Assembly: GCA_010093745.1 (NCBI GenBank)
Contig: MU005960.1
Location: 432,849 to 481,346 of the forward strand
DNA from: Piedraia hortae CBS 480.64
Taxonomy: Eukaryota
Reading direction: 5' to 3'
DNA length: 48,498 bases
The position numbers and the translations under genes were made by a program. The notes under the pieces are model-generated. The model had not been told where the DNA came from. It was given only the letters and a program-made list of their open reading frames with translations, and did not search any database. Below are positions 8,612-20,214 of this stretch, in pieces (positions within the stretch are counted from its first letter, which is position 1; each line of letters opens with the position of its first letter).

Positions 8612-11600
8612 GGTGGGAGGTTTACCCGAACAGGAGGGGCTTGGCGTTTGAGGTTTGTTTGGTGTCTCGAATGGAATCCCCACGTCGCGTTAGAAGGGTG
8701 GGGGTGCAGTGTTTTGTAGAGCAAGGCACAGTGTCTTTGTAGAGAAGTGTAACGCTGTTGATTACCTAGGGTATTGGAAAATTGAAAAAGATCTTCACGG
8801 GTGGGATGCTGAGAAGTGGTGTAACCGAGTAGCGGCACACGGCCGCCTTGCGCCATGATTGGCTACATAGCTGCCTCGCTTAGCCGCCTTGTTTTGTGAT
8901 TGGTTGATAATACACGTGGCGGATAGTCGCTGACTCGATTGCTTGGCCTTAACCCTTTGCCGCGAAGCCGACGAGTGACTAGCCCGAAATTTACGCCTTG
9001 CGTCATTGATGATGCGATGGGATAGCTTCTTAACTTTAGTTCATTGCAAATTCTTCCTCAATACATCATGTCCTTGGGATGGGGGCGGAGTAAAAGATCT
9101 TGCCTTTGTCCTGGCTGCGATGACTCGATGGGGAACTCGCCTCGCCATGTGCAGGTTTACCTATGAAAACCATGCCCCATTGAGAAAGGCATCGATCTGA
9201 AGACCTAAAGAGCTTTGACAGTGGGCGCAACATTCTGGGACAGCCTGTCATTCAAATCACCATGACTGTCCCATAAGATGGTCAACTGTACGCTTCGCTA
9301 TCGTGTACCAGGTCTACCACCATCCCGTACCCATTAACTTGGGATGATCCGCATGAAATCTTAGAGGCATGTTGCGGATCACTCTTTAAGTTTCCACCAG
9401 AATTCAAGATGAACATCAGCTTTCATATATGCGAGGGTTGCTGCGCGAAAGCCTATTAGGATTTCTTCGTGAAGAGGTGTCACAAAGATCATGAATACTT
9501 GGATCTAAGTGGCGATAAGCTCTGGGGTCTTGTGTGTATTATCACACAACGGCCCTGCACAGCACTTGCCGGCTCCAATCTCAACGACCCCGGACTCCGC
9601 GTGCTCATTAGTTTGAAGATAAACTGGGAGACCCCAGACGCAGTGGGGAAGTACTGCAGTGACTTTGTCCCAGGGTACCAGAAACTCAAGCTCTCGGTGG
9701 AAGCAGCATATGCTTAGGCTCGGCAACTTGATGGATTCAATTCTGACTTTGTTCTCCTCGGAAAAGTCACGGTGATCGCGCAACTCAAAATGCGAACCTA
9801 ATCAGGGACAGCTAAGCTCGGAAAGTCTACATCGACCAATGTGCCTATCGACTCCTTCACAAGTTTCATGCGGAGGATTCGCCGCCGGATCATACACTTA
9901 TGGAGAAGGGATCAGAGCTAGTGAATGCGAAAACACCCTAAAAGGCGTCTCGTAAGATGAATGCGTCTACCATCTGTAGTAGTGTCAGACGCCTGCCTAA
10001 AGTAGATAGAGCACCGGACTCTCCAGGGCTTTACCTCATGGAGGATGTTTTCCCTGGAGCGTGGCAACGTCAAAGGACGGTGTCACGACGAATGCGGTTG
10101 GGGCCGGGGAGAGAGTCTAGAGCGGTCTTGCGGTGCAAGCCTTCTCCAGACCTCAGACGGATTCCATAGTGAGGTATCACATACACTGTTGACTGTGTCA
10201 CCATTCACCGACATCGAAATGATGTGAGTAGATCCCTCCCTCCTTCCGTTGAGTAGGCACTAATGGGTGCCATGACGTGCCACGCGCCTTGTCCTGTCTT
10301 TTCCGGCTGGTGGATTGTCAAATTACTAAGCTCCGAAGCAAGGATGTCAGAGTGCGAAACGTCGAGGCGGGACGAGTAAGAAAACTGTTTTAAGAAGTGA
10401 GTTCGCCTCCAGAGCCAAACTCCGGAACGACTATATCATGAAGGCAGTTTCCGGATTGGTGTGCCCGAGTGGGACACGCAATATCGAAGCTGCCAGACAC
10501 CTGCCCTGGTGTACGAGGATCGCCCTCCTGCGGCGTGGGACTAACGGCAGTAGGCTAAACGTTACAGACCGCCACCCCCACACCTCAAAATCTCAGCAAC
10601 CACCACAACACAACAGTGCGACACCAAAGCAATTGAGCGTGCGCATGATAAAAGTCACGATAGTCAAAAATCTCACTCTGCCAACAATACATTGTATCAT
10701 GCTGTCCGTTCGATGCGTCGCAATCCTGTGTCACAATATCACAATGGCGAAAGCTGAATGTGCCGTCATGAATCGTCACTAACGCACTACGTGGCTTAAT
10801 GAGACCCATCGTAACACGATGGCTGATCACAAGACCAAGTGTGTGGCCTAAATTGTAGATGTTTTGCTCCGAATTACGCACAATGCTTACTCCAAACAGC
10901 TTGAATACTGTCCCATAACTATCTATGTAGAAAATTCACTCAATCACAAACGCTTTCAGCTGTGGATGGTCCAGCCATCACAGACTCGCTCCTAACTGGC
11001 TGCCAGTTGCGACCATCCCAAGGTTTAGTCGACTCTCCCAGTGGTGGTTGGCGTTCATCAGCCTCTTGGGCTGCGATGGCATCGCGCAGGGACACGTAGG
11101 CCTGACAATGGACTCGTGCCCCGAAATGTTGGACACACCAGGACGATGGGAAGGGAAGGTATTCGTCCATGTCGAATGAGTCCAGGTCTGTCGAGACTGG
11201 CAGCAGAAGCGCTCGGTCGATCACGCTTCGCTGCTCTAAGCCGTCATACTGCTCAGGCCAGTGGTACAGACGATACGGGGTACGGGTACTGTCGGCGAGT
11301 GTCGACACATACTGCTTGGGTACGGATACTGTGCTGCAACCCGTTATGCCGACATAGGTCCATGTGACAGCGCAACTTTTCGTGGTGGTTGACGTGAGCC
11401 GGAAGAAGCGAAGGAAGGCAAGAGCGTGTGGGGGTTATGAGGAAGAGGAGGGCTCAGGGAGCGGAGGCAAGCCACGTGAAGCGACGGCGGAGACGGAATG
11501 ATATGAAGATGACGGCCGCGCCGGACGGCTGGTGAAGGTTAAGGTGCCTTCGTGGACCAGCCGGGAATGAAGCCTCCCTCACTTTGCCTGCGCAACAACT

Positions 11601-14600
11601 AACTTCTTTCCAGAAGGTCAATTCGCGAAATCCGCCACGACTAGTGGACCCTATCGAAGACGTTTCTGACCAGAGCTCCTCGCTGGAGCAGGAGGCCGTT
11701 CAACTTCCCCAACCGACAGTGCGAGGATCCCATACAGCCAGTCGGTATCAGGCTTGGTGCAAGGAGGCTTCCGAACGAAGCGCGCCAAACGTTCCCGCCC
11801 AACACTGAAGGATCGAATGCTGCTGGGAAGCGACATGCAGTCGAGAATGATGCGGATAAAGAGCCACGGACGAGGACCAGCAAGCGCTGCCGTGGAGAGT
11901 AAGCTTGGTGTAAGCGTTGATTGCATTCTGGGTTCTGGAGTGGTGCGCACGTCTTGAGTTTCTTATAATTTTGCTTAATTTTTGAATGAGAAATGTGTTC
12001 TTGTGTAAAGGATCCTAACTCAAAGCATAGCAGTGCTTAAGCATCCTGGTATGGCAAACGTGAGGCATCGTTGATATCTACGGTGACCGGGTATAACGAG
12101 AAGATAACATAAATGCACGTCATATACTCACAGAATCGCCCTTGTATTTGCCAGACCCCGACTCGCCGCATGCAGCAAGAATTGGCAGAGTCTCTGATGC
12201 GCCAGCAGGGCATCAACTACCAAGTTATATCGCACTGTGACGCGATCGCAATTGGAGCATCTAATAGGGTTTCTTAGAGGTAGCGCATTGGACAATCCTC
12301 GCGGCGTTCGGGATTTCAGAAATGCGACATGAATTATGCACGCAATGCAGTGTATGGACGTCTCATTGCTGTGTTGTGGTGATTGTTGAGATTTTGAGGT
12401 GTGGGGTGCGGGGAAAATGGCCCTCTGGCGGACTGTAACATTTAGCCGACCGTCCTAACGTGCGGGACAGGGATGCCCAATCACCGTCTCATCCCGGCGC
12501 CTCCACCCTCCGACAATATAAAGTCAAGGCGGAATGGAAACGTGAAGTGCTTCCCTGGCGGATGTGTGTGGACTGTAAGGGGTCGTTCGTAGGCGTTTAT
12601 CGATGTAGACAGATGTATCAGTAGGAAGAAAAAGTGCCATTTCCTAGTCATTCCTGATATACATAGAACTTGCTATATCACCAGTAGACTTCAAACAAAC
12701 CATTTCATACTGGAGGGTCGTAAAGCGAGGAATGAGAGCGTTAGCTAAGCCACTGCCAATAAAAAATGAGACGGATGTATTGCTAATGATATTGTGTATA
12801 GCTCTACGGAGATATCTTCTTCTGAACAGCCAAGACCACACCAAACCACTCGGAACGTCACTCGACAAAATCCAACAATTGACCCGTAGCATTTATATGT
12901 TAGGTCGTATCCGGCACAAAAGTGGTATTGGCCGCCGTGGCATCCCCACGAGACGCAATCTAGAGCCGAAAGGCCGCCGCTCTCCCTACAGTAGAAGGCA
13001 GCACGAGCTGGCTGCTGTAGCCTCGCTTCCCGAGGTTGAATTGGCAGTATAGACGGCTTACACCTCCCGCACGGGTAGAGGCAGAGCGAGCTGCTGCCTC
13101 GCGTTGCGTTCTTCGCTAGAGGGAGCGACGTGGCTGAGTGGCGCACTGTGCATCTTCGATGCCCTGACGTGTTGCCCGCGTGGCTGGCTCGGTATTGGGC
13201 AATGTTGGTATGACCCGGCACCCACCACTTCGCCCATGACTTTTAACGGCTCAGCGTCGTCAAACACTGGCCATCATCGCCACTGCACGGAGGATTGTCA
13301 AAGTCCACCTCCTCTTGAGTTCGAGGTTGAATTGCAGTTCGTACATCTCGAAATGCCATGCCGAACAGACCAGGAAAGCTGACTGCAATGCCACTTACAG
13401 AAGGAGGTATGGCATGCGCCCAGTCACCCAACGCTAAGGTGGCCAACGAAGAGCGACGATATCGAGCGCTCGACAAACCAACACGGCGTCCTGGTCGTTT
13501 GAGTCCACTCAAACGCCTGTCGCTCGGATCCACCCAGACATCCGTCGTTTGGGTCGATCCATACGCCCGTGGCGGAAAAGTGGAAGATGGCATGCGCGTT
13601 CCCCTTGCTCTTTGTTCTTGCCGGCAAGGACCATGATCTCGGATGGTATGCATTCTTCTTGTTATTCCACCCACCGCTGCGTTGAGGTTCAAAAGAAGGC
13701 GGTCAGCTCGTCATCGTAGTAGTTGTCAACCTTGCCCCAGATAACCCTGCGCTCGGCTACCTCATCGAGAGCTTGGTCCATCTTGATGCTTTCCTCGGTG
13801 GTACCGTCCCACGATCGCAGACACAGCTCGCGATGCATCTTGAAGATAGAGGTGCTGTACCTGACGTGGTTGGGACGCATTTTGCAACGCTGCATTACAG
13901 CCAGCAGCATCGGTAGCATCCACAGGCTTCGTAGTTGCTGCCGTATTCGTTCTGGCAAGCGATATCCAGTTCGGCGAGGGCAAAAACGTCACAGTGTAAG
14001 ATCTGGTGGACGACCACGGCGACCTTGTGGTACTGTACCACCCAGTTTGAAAGGCGAGGGCGGTGATTGAATCCATCAGAGGATGCTTTGACTTGCGAAG
14101 GCACTGGACAGTGTGTGGCGGAACACTCGCGAGACAGTGTTTCGACGCCTAAAACCTTGTTGGGAACACTCAGGAAACAGTGTTCGTCAGATAGAGGCCG
14201 AGTGGTCTTGGCGGTGCCCCATATATGTAACCAGCGATAGATATACTGGCTTTGAGGGATTCAGATCATGAAAATGCAGAATATATATAACGCTGCGACG
14301 GGTTCGCGTGGCTCTCCGGTAGCCTATATCGAGTTTGTATTCATTGCGTAGTCCGTTGTCAACGTCGCTGCTGCCATGGCAGCGCTCATGTCTGTAGAGC
14401 CGCGGAAGAGGGTCGATGATATCTGCGAATATGGGCGATAGCCGACCCCAATCGAAGATGACATTCAGCTCGCACGACAGCTCCTTGACGTTGGGGTGTA
14501 TATAAGCTCAGATGGAAAAGACATGATGCGAGAGCTAACGGTGCACTACTAAGCACGTGCCTCTCCTTGACGAGTCGGTCGTCAAGCGTGCCGGTCGAGG

Positions 14601-14899
14601 CACAGCACATACTGTTGCCAGGCGCATCATGGCAGCAAAGTGCTGATAGAAGCCATGGCAACAAAAGCTATGGAAGCAACTTGTGCCGTGGACACTGTGC
14701 TGAGGGTTGAGGTTGTTGTGGAGAAGAAGTCAAATTGGCGCGGCAGAGTGGGAGTTTTAAGGGAGAAATAGTCGCACGGACCAAGAGTTGCAAAATGGTC
14801 CGTGCATCATTCCCCGACACAACACATATGATACTGAAGATGGCCCGTACCCTATCCCCTCTGAAGCCCAGGAGCTACAGATGGTTCGTGCGCCGCCTT

Positions 14900-15179
14900 T
14901 TGAGCCATTCTGTATGCGTTGCGGCGTCCATCTGCTAGACTTGACATTAGACTGTGTTATCTCGCCATGATAGAAACGTAATAGAGTGTTGAATTTGTCA
15001 AAGTCCACGGGAACAAGAAGGGTTCGTTCTCGTATCTTCATCGACGACCAGGGAATATTGAGATGGGTAGACAGGCGAGGCCGCATGATTAGGGTATGTG
15101 TGCGGGAGAAGAGGTTATGGAGAATGTAATAAACAAAAAAGTCTCGAACATCCTGCGTCGCTATGGAGTTAGCTTTCAT
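14900..15179 (-). pseudogene. Possible relic of the HMG-like repeat family
   Basis: TQDVRDFFVYYILHN...PWSSMKIRER...LLRFYHGEI resembles repeat 2 of the 15812-17119 protein (VDGRSLYYYHAHN...PWQQVPSVEK...MLVAFGQGNM). By-eye alignment only. Confidence 0.35.
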
Positions 15180-15670
15180 ACTTTAGCGTGTAAATCTTAC
15201 CTACACGAAATTGACTCAATGCACGAAAAGGATAATTGATCAGAGTAAATTGTCCCACCTGCAAAAAACCCAGTTGGCTCAAGTAAGCCTGCTTTTTTAA
15301 TGTGCCTGCTCTGGATCCATTTTTCTTTTCGATTGGAACACCGACACCGCCCTCCATTTTCCTCACACTAACCCCCAAAGGTACCGCGTCGACGCACCGA
15401 TGAAGCCGGTGCGTGGGGTACGTTGTGCGGGACTCGGTGATTGAGAATCTTTGATCACCTCCACTTACATGCTCGAATGCATTTTAATGGTAACGTGCAG
15501 TCAACAGCCTTTGTCCGCGGTGATTGTTTCCGGCGTCAACAGAGTAAAGTGCGTCGGTGGATTGTGCACTGACCATGGTAGTAAAGTATTATGGGTCATC
15601 ACTAAATTGTTGTGATTTACGACGCCTGCAATGCTACGACACCACGTCGGAGGTGCATTCTTCGACTCGA

Positions 15671-15678
15671 TATATAAA
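15671..15678 (+). promoter_or_regulatory. TATA box of the 15812-17119 gene
   Basis: TATATAAA about 140 nt upstream of ATG 15812. Confidence 0.55.
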
Positions 15679-15811
15679 ATGTTGGCCGGCACTCTTTTCT
15701 GCCCCCAAATACCATCGACGCAACCACGTTCAGACACGTCAACCATCACTGCAGACGATTTGCCTCTTCCAACGCTTAGAGCCATCACATAACATCACAT
15801 CGCGAAGCGGC

Positions 15812-17119
15812 ATGGCATTCCATCCAGAATTCAAGCTGAATGCCTGGAAGGCCATGACTGCCGCCGACCGCGCAGACGCTATCAATAAGGGAAAAATCGA
15901 TCCTACGGGCCTCACACTTTGGAAGTTTCATATGATTCCACATATCGAAGCCACGGAACCATGGTCCATAGCCGTCTACAGCGCCGGCTTGCGCTGGAAC
16001 AAACTCGCCGACGGTGGCGAACAGCAGATGTACTGGGCGCGCCATACAACTAGCCTAATGACCGGCAGCCTGGCTCCGCTAGAGCCTGAGGTCCTGCATA
16101 ACTATTTGGCGGGCAATTTCCATGTCCAATCCGACAAGATCGGTGACATCGTCAGCACGGACTCCAAGCCTGTGTTTACTGCCTCTAAACAAGACTCGCA
16201 CCAGAAAGCCTTGCTTAACGGCACATGGGATGTTTCCGCCGAAGCCATTGGGCGCCGTTCCGGCTCTGTCGACGACACGAGTGTCTCGCCCCCCAAGCAC
16301 CGTTCGAACGAGAATATCGACGGCAAAGAGAACAACTCGATCAAAGTCCTTATCCTCGACAAGAACATGTCGCATCAAGACCTCTCCGAGCTCGTCGAAT
16401 ACACGCTCACTCTGGATTCGGAAGATGAGGCCTCCCGGCTCCTGCGCCTCATTGGTAGCCGTTTTGCCGTTGACGGCAGGTCGTTATACTACTACCATGC
16501 GCATAACAATCCAGCACCCTCTTCGTTTTGTCCCTGGCAACAAGTGCCATCTGTTGAGAAAAGGTACTGGCGAACAGCTACAAATAGCATGCTCGTGGCA
16601 TTTGGTCAAGGAAATATGAGCGGACTTAAATATCTGCGCATCGGTGGCCGCTACAGCAAATACCAGAAGCGGCCTGATACCGAGCTTCACTCTAAAGTCG
16701 GCTGCCATCGTGTGTCAGCAACCCAAGACGTCATCAAGCGTGAGCTCGCACGCATCAACCAGGCCATGGAGGGGCGCGGGAGAGAAGCGCTGCTTCGCGG
16801 CCTCGGGAGCATGTTTTCGGAAGATGGTCAGACTTTGTTCGTCTTCCACGCTGAGGCGTACATTAACAAGGTTCAGGAACAGTTTCATGATGCAGTTCCA
16901 TCGTCGAATGAACTGTGGACGGCGCTCCCGATGGATGATAGGTCCTTCTGGGCGTTTTGCACCTCTAAGCTGACTTCTGCTCTGGCTCGAGGCCTTAGTA
17001 ACGGCCTCGACCATCTGATAACTGGCCCCGGTACGCGCCGTTCTCTTCAGAACGAGCACAGGATTAAGGCAATCATGCAACAGTACACAAGCAATGTTGA
17101 TGGGATTCTGAGTATGTAG
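15812..17119 (+). CDS. 435 aa protein with three divergent HMG-box-like repeats
   Basis: Intact intronless ORF from ATG 15812 (MAFHPEF) with an upstream TATA box. Three internal repeats of pattern G-x-[ST]-L-aromatic-x-aromatic-H ... W-x2-[LV]-x3/4-[ED]...W. Confidence 0.75.
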   Translation: MAFHPEFKLNAWKAMTAADRADAINKGKIDPTGLTLWKFHMIPHIEATEPWSIAVYSAGLRWNKLADGGEQQMYWARHTTSLMTGSLAPLEPEVLHNYLAGNFHVQSDKIGDIVSTDSKPVFTASKQDSHQKALLNGTWDVSAEAIGRRSGSVDDTSVSPPKHRSNENIDGKENNSIKVLILDKNMSHQDLSELVEYTLTLDSEDEASRLLRLIGSRFAVDGRSLYYYHAHNNPAPSSFCPWQQVPSVEKRYWRTATNSMLVAFGQGNMSGLKYLRIGGRYSKYQKRPDTELHSKVGCHRVSATQDVIKRELARINQAMEGRGREALLRGLGSMFSEDGQTLFVFHAEAYINKVQEQFHDAVPSSNELWTALPMDDRSFWAFCTSKLTSALARGLSNGLDHLITGPGTRRSLQNEHRIKAIMQQYTSNVDGILSM

Positions 17120-20100
17120 CAGTATTACTACTAGTCAACGGTAAGTGAAAATGATCCATCTTCCTCCTTTGAGTGCTGCTGGCTACTTAATCATTGGCGT
17201 GTTCCCAACCAGGGGGATGGTGCCTTCATTGAACTTAGCCGGGAGCCAGTCCCGGTAGAGTTAAGGGGGCCGGCATCCTTACTACTACCTCTAGAGCCTT
17301 GGAAGCAAGGCAATAACGACAACAACGTCTTTCGCGTCAACTCCAATTCCTATTGTCACCAGCTTCTTCTTGCATTCCGTCGTCCATACACGTTAGCAAC
17401 AAGATCCATGTAGCATTCAAGACGGCGTGGCTTGCGCATGGTATGATTGACGTCAATAGGCACCGCATTGGGAAGGGAGAACACCGAAAAATGGTTATGT
17501 GTGTGTATGTATATGTTGAGGCGATGTAGTGAGATGAAGTGCGGAACTTCACCTCATACTAACCCAGGTTTAGCCGCATTCACCGAGACCACGTCACCGA
17601 GCAAGCACAGAGCATGAACGGTACCGTGCCTCGTCCCAGGGGAAACTTCCTCCTATGGAGGTAAGATTCCTGAGAAGTATCGACCTCTATCTAAGCTCGC
17701 AGATGCGACCTGGCTGTACACTGCATTAGAGGGTTCACTGTCTCACAATTTTGACTGTCAAGGGGGTGGCTGTGGAGCTAGGTGATTGGAAACAGGTCGG
17801 GTGGACCAACTTGGGGTGCGCCGAGGGTATTAGTGTTGATAAAACGTTTGGTCGGGGTATGGGCTGAAGTGTTAGAATAAGTTATCGTGTTCCATCGTAG
17901 GGACGAGCAAGTCTTCGTGACTTAAACTTCGCTGGTATTCTGCGTGTTTCGGGCGAATAATATGTGCTTGATCATGGGTTGTTTGGCTTTCCAAGGCCAA
18001 TATCTTACTATTGTCGGTATTCACTAGGGCGATGCTGTTGCTTCTGCTTTCGCTCTCGTTCTCGCTGGCGCATCGGCTAACTCATTTGTTTTCCCTGACG
18101 CTGTTTGGTCTTCTGATGTGTTGGCTGCCTCGTTCGATTTGGCAGTTCCCTCCAATGAAGGAGCGTTTTTGAGGTTCAACTCCACAAATCTTTCCCGTCG
18201 CTGCACGGTAAGCTTCTTCTCCATCGACTGACCCTCCGGTGAATGCACCCAGTCCAGTAAAGCTTTTGAGGGGTGCTTCACACACCATTGCCCGACCCAT
18301 ATAATCCGACAGTATCTCATCTCCTGCATGGTGTGCGAGACCTTGCGGCCAGCCGAACGGCAGTCTGTGTTGGAGGTTGTGCCAGCTAAAAGCAGCATGC
18401 CTTTGGAAAAGATGGAGGCAATGACTACTCATAGTCTGATGTCACCGATACCGTGGCATAGTGTATGAGCATGACCAGAGTACCATGGCTGCCATCGCTC
18501 ATGGTTCTTCCGGACACCCATGAAACAATGTTCGCCGTAAAATCAAGGTATATGTATACCCGCTGAATTGAGGGGCGCAAGATCCACCGCAGGTGCTTGC
18601 GTTTATATACCTTAGAGTGTCAATGCAAGCCTCTTGAATGCTATCCCGATCGTGTCTTGAGTTCATGGTATGTTGTCGATACGGTTTAGCGCGAGTATAT
18701 GTATATATGTGGGAGTCGTCAGGCCGTGCTTGTGCGACTAGCCATAGATTCGGGATGTAAGGGGTGCCTAATGTATGGCGTGCATCTTGGATATCGCGTT
18801 TTCTTATGCACCTGAGGGAATATCGCAATTAGCGCCAGCCTTGCACGGTTTGACATGTGGAACGCCTTGCCGAGTCAGTCATGTAGACACCCAACGGCTT
18901 TTGTGTGCGCTGAATGATGCACTGGCTAGGGCGCTGCGCATTGTTGTCGCCCAAGAGTAGTGACAGGTACTGTTGCAGTAGCAGTGGTAAGCTTGACGGG
19001 ACCAAACACTCGATGCTGAAGTTCGAAGTTGTCGAGTGGAAGAAGTTCGATTCGCACAAATCATTTGCCCGTAAGATTCTACACCACCGAGACAGTTGCC
19101 CTTTTGCTCTTCATGCGTTGTTCTAATCCTTTAAACAGTACAGCGTAGCGCACACCGCATAGCTCCGTCCCTTGGGCCCTCCGGCCTCTCGGGTCTGACA
19201 CGCCGGTCAGGTTTTTGCCCACTGATCGTCTGGGAGGCTTGTTGGAGTACCACGTATAGTTTTCCTGCAACGTGGTCGTGGGACTCATTTTCGAACCATA
19301 CGCGTGGTGCGGTTGCGGTCGATGGTGATGCGTATGTTTCCTTGAAGTGCGCGACGTAAAGATATATAGCGAAAATCTTGAGTAGGCTATGAGGATGCCG
19401 AGGTAGGTGCATATGATATTCTGCAAGGGTGTGAGAGCTGGGCAGTTATCATTAGGATGGCAGATATGTTTCAGATTTGATTGTCAGGGTGTGCGAAGAA
19501 AGCAAAGACGCGATTTCCCGCTACGCAAGACCACTACTCCTGGAAATGTGTAAGGTCGGATCTGCAGATTGCAAGCGTAATACATCGTTTGTGTCATTTA
19601 GCTAAATCGAGCAAAGACGATCTTTCCCGCTATGCAAGCCCGCGGCATCGATTGCTGCGCCAATCTCAATTAAATCATGGCCTTGCTGGACGAAAGATGG
19701 CGAGATTGATCCTAGCAGTCTATTCCGCCACTTTTCTCTTCCAACTTTGTATGTGTTACGGTCACCAGACACGTCTTGGCAATTCTTGCTCTTCGCACTG
19801 ATTAGAACTTGCCAAGCTCATTGATGTCCACTCAAATCACTCCCTCAACTTCCTTTCCGCTTTTCCATATGCTTCTTCCCGATTACACTTTTTCGACTTC
19901 AGGAAGCAATGCCGCATCTTTTTTGCCACACTCTCAACCACCGACTCCCGTCCCCACTTCCAGTCCGCTAAGACGAAACACGCCGACCAGCTCATCAACA
20001 CGTTTTCCCCACCTCAATAAAATTATTACGAGGCTACTGAATCACCACCAAATCGCACTTTTCTCAACTGAGTTACTCTTATTCTTACTCAGTTACACTA

Positions 20101-20214
20101 ATTTTCACACAGTTACACTCCCCAAACCGACACATCACCTTCTAAAAACCCAGCACCTTCCGTGACGCGGCTATCATACTATATTCCCATATGGCAATTC
20201 CTCTACGCTACTCC

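Noticed and set aside
15557..15811. 85 aa N-terminal extension of the HMG-like ORF in the ORF track
   Set aside because: Starts at GTG and runs over the TATA box; ATG 15812 is the credible start. Similar non-ATG extensions were trimmed for the CobW-family, MBD4-like, ATG5, SWS2 and SDR-like genes.
17200..17290. GC-rich segment with possible hairpins (tRNA/ncRNA candidate)
   Set aside because: No cloverleaf, T-loop GTTCRA or A/B-box pattern could be built.
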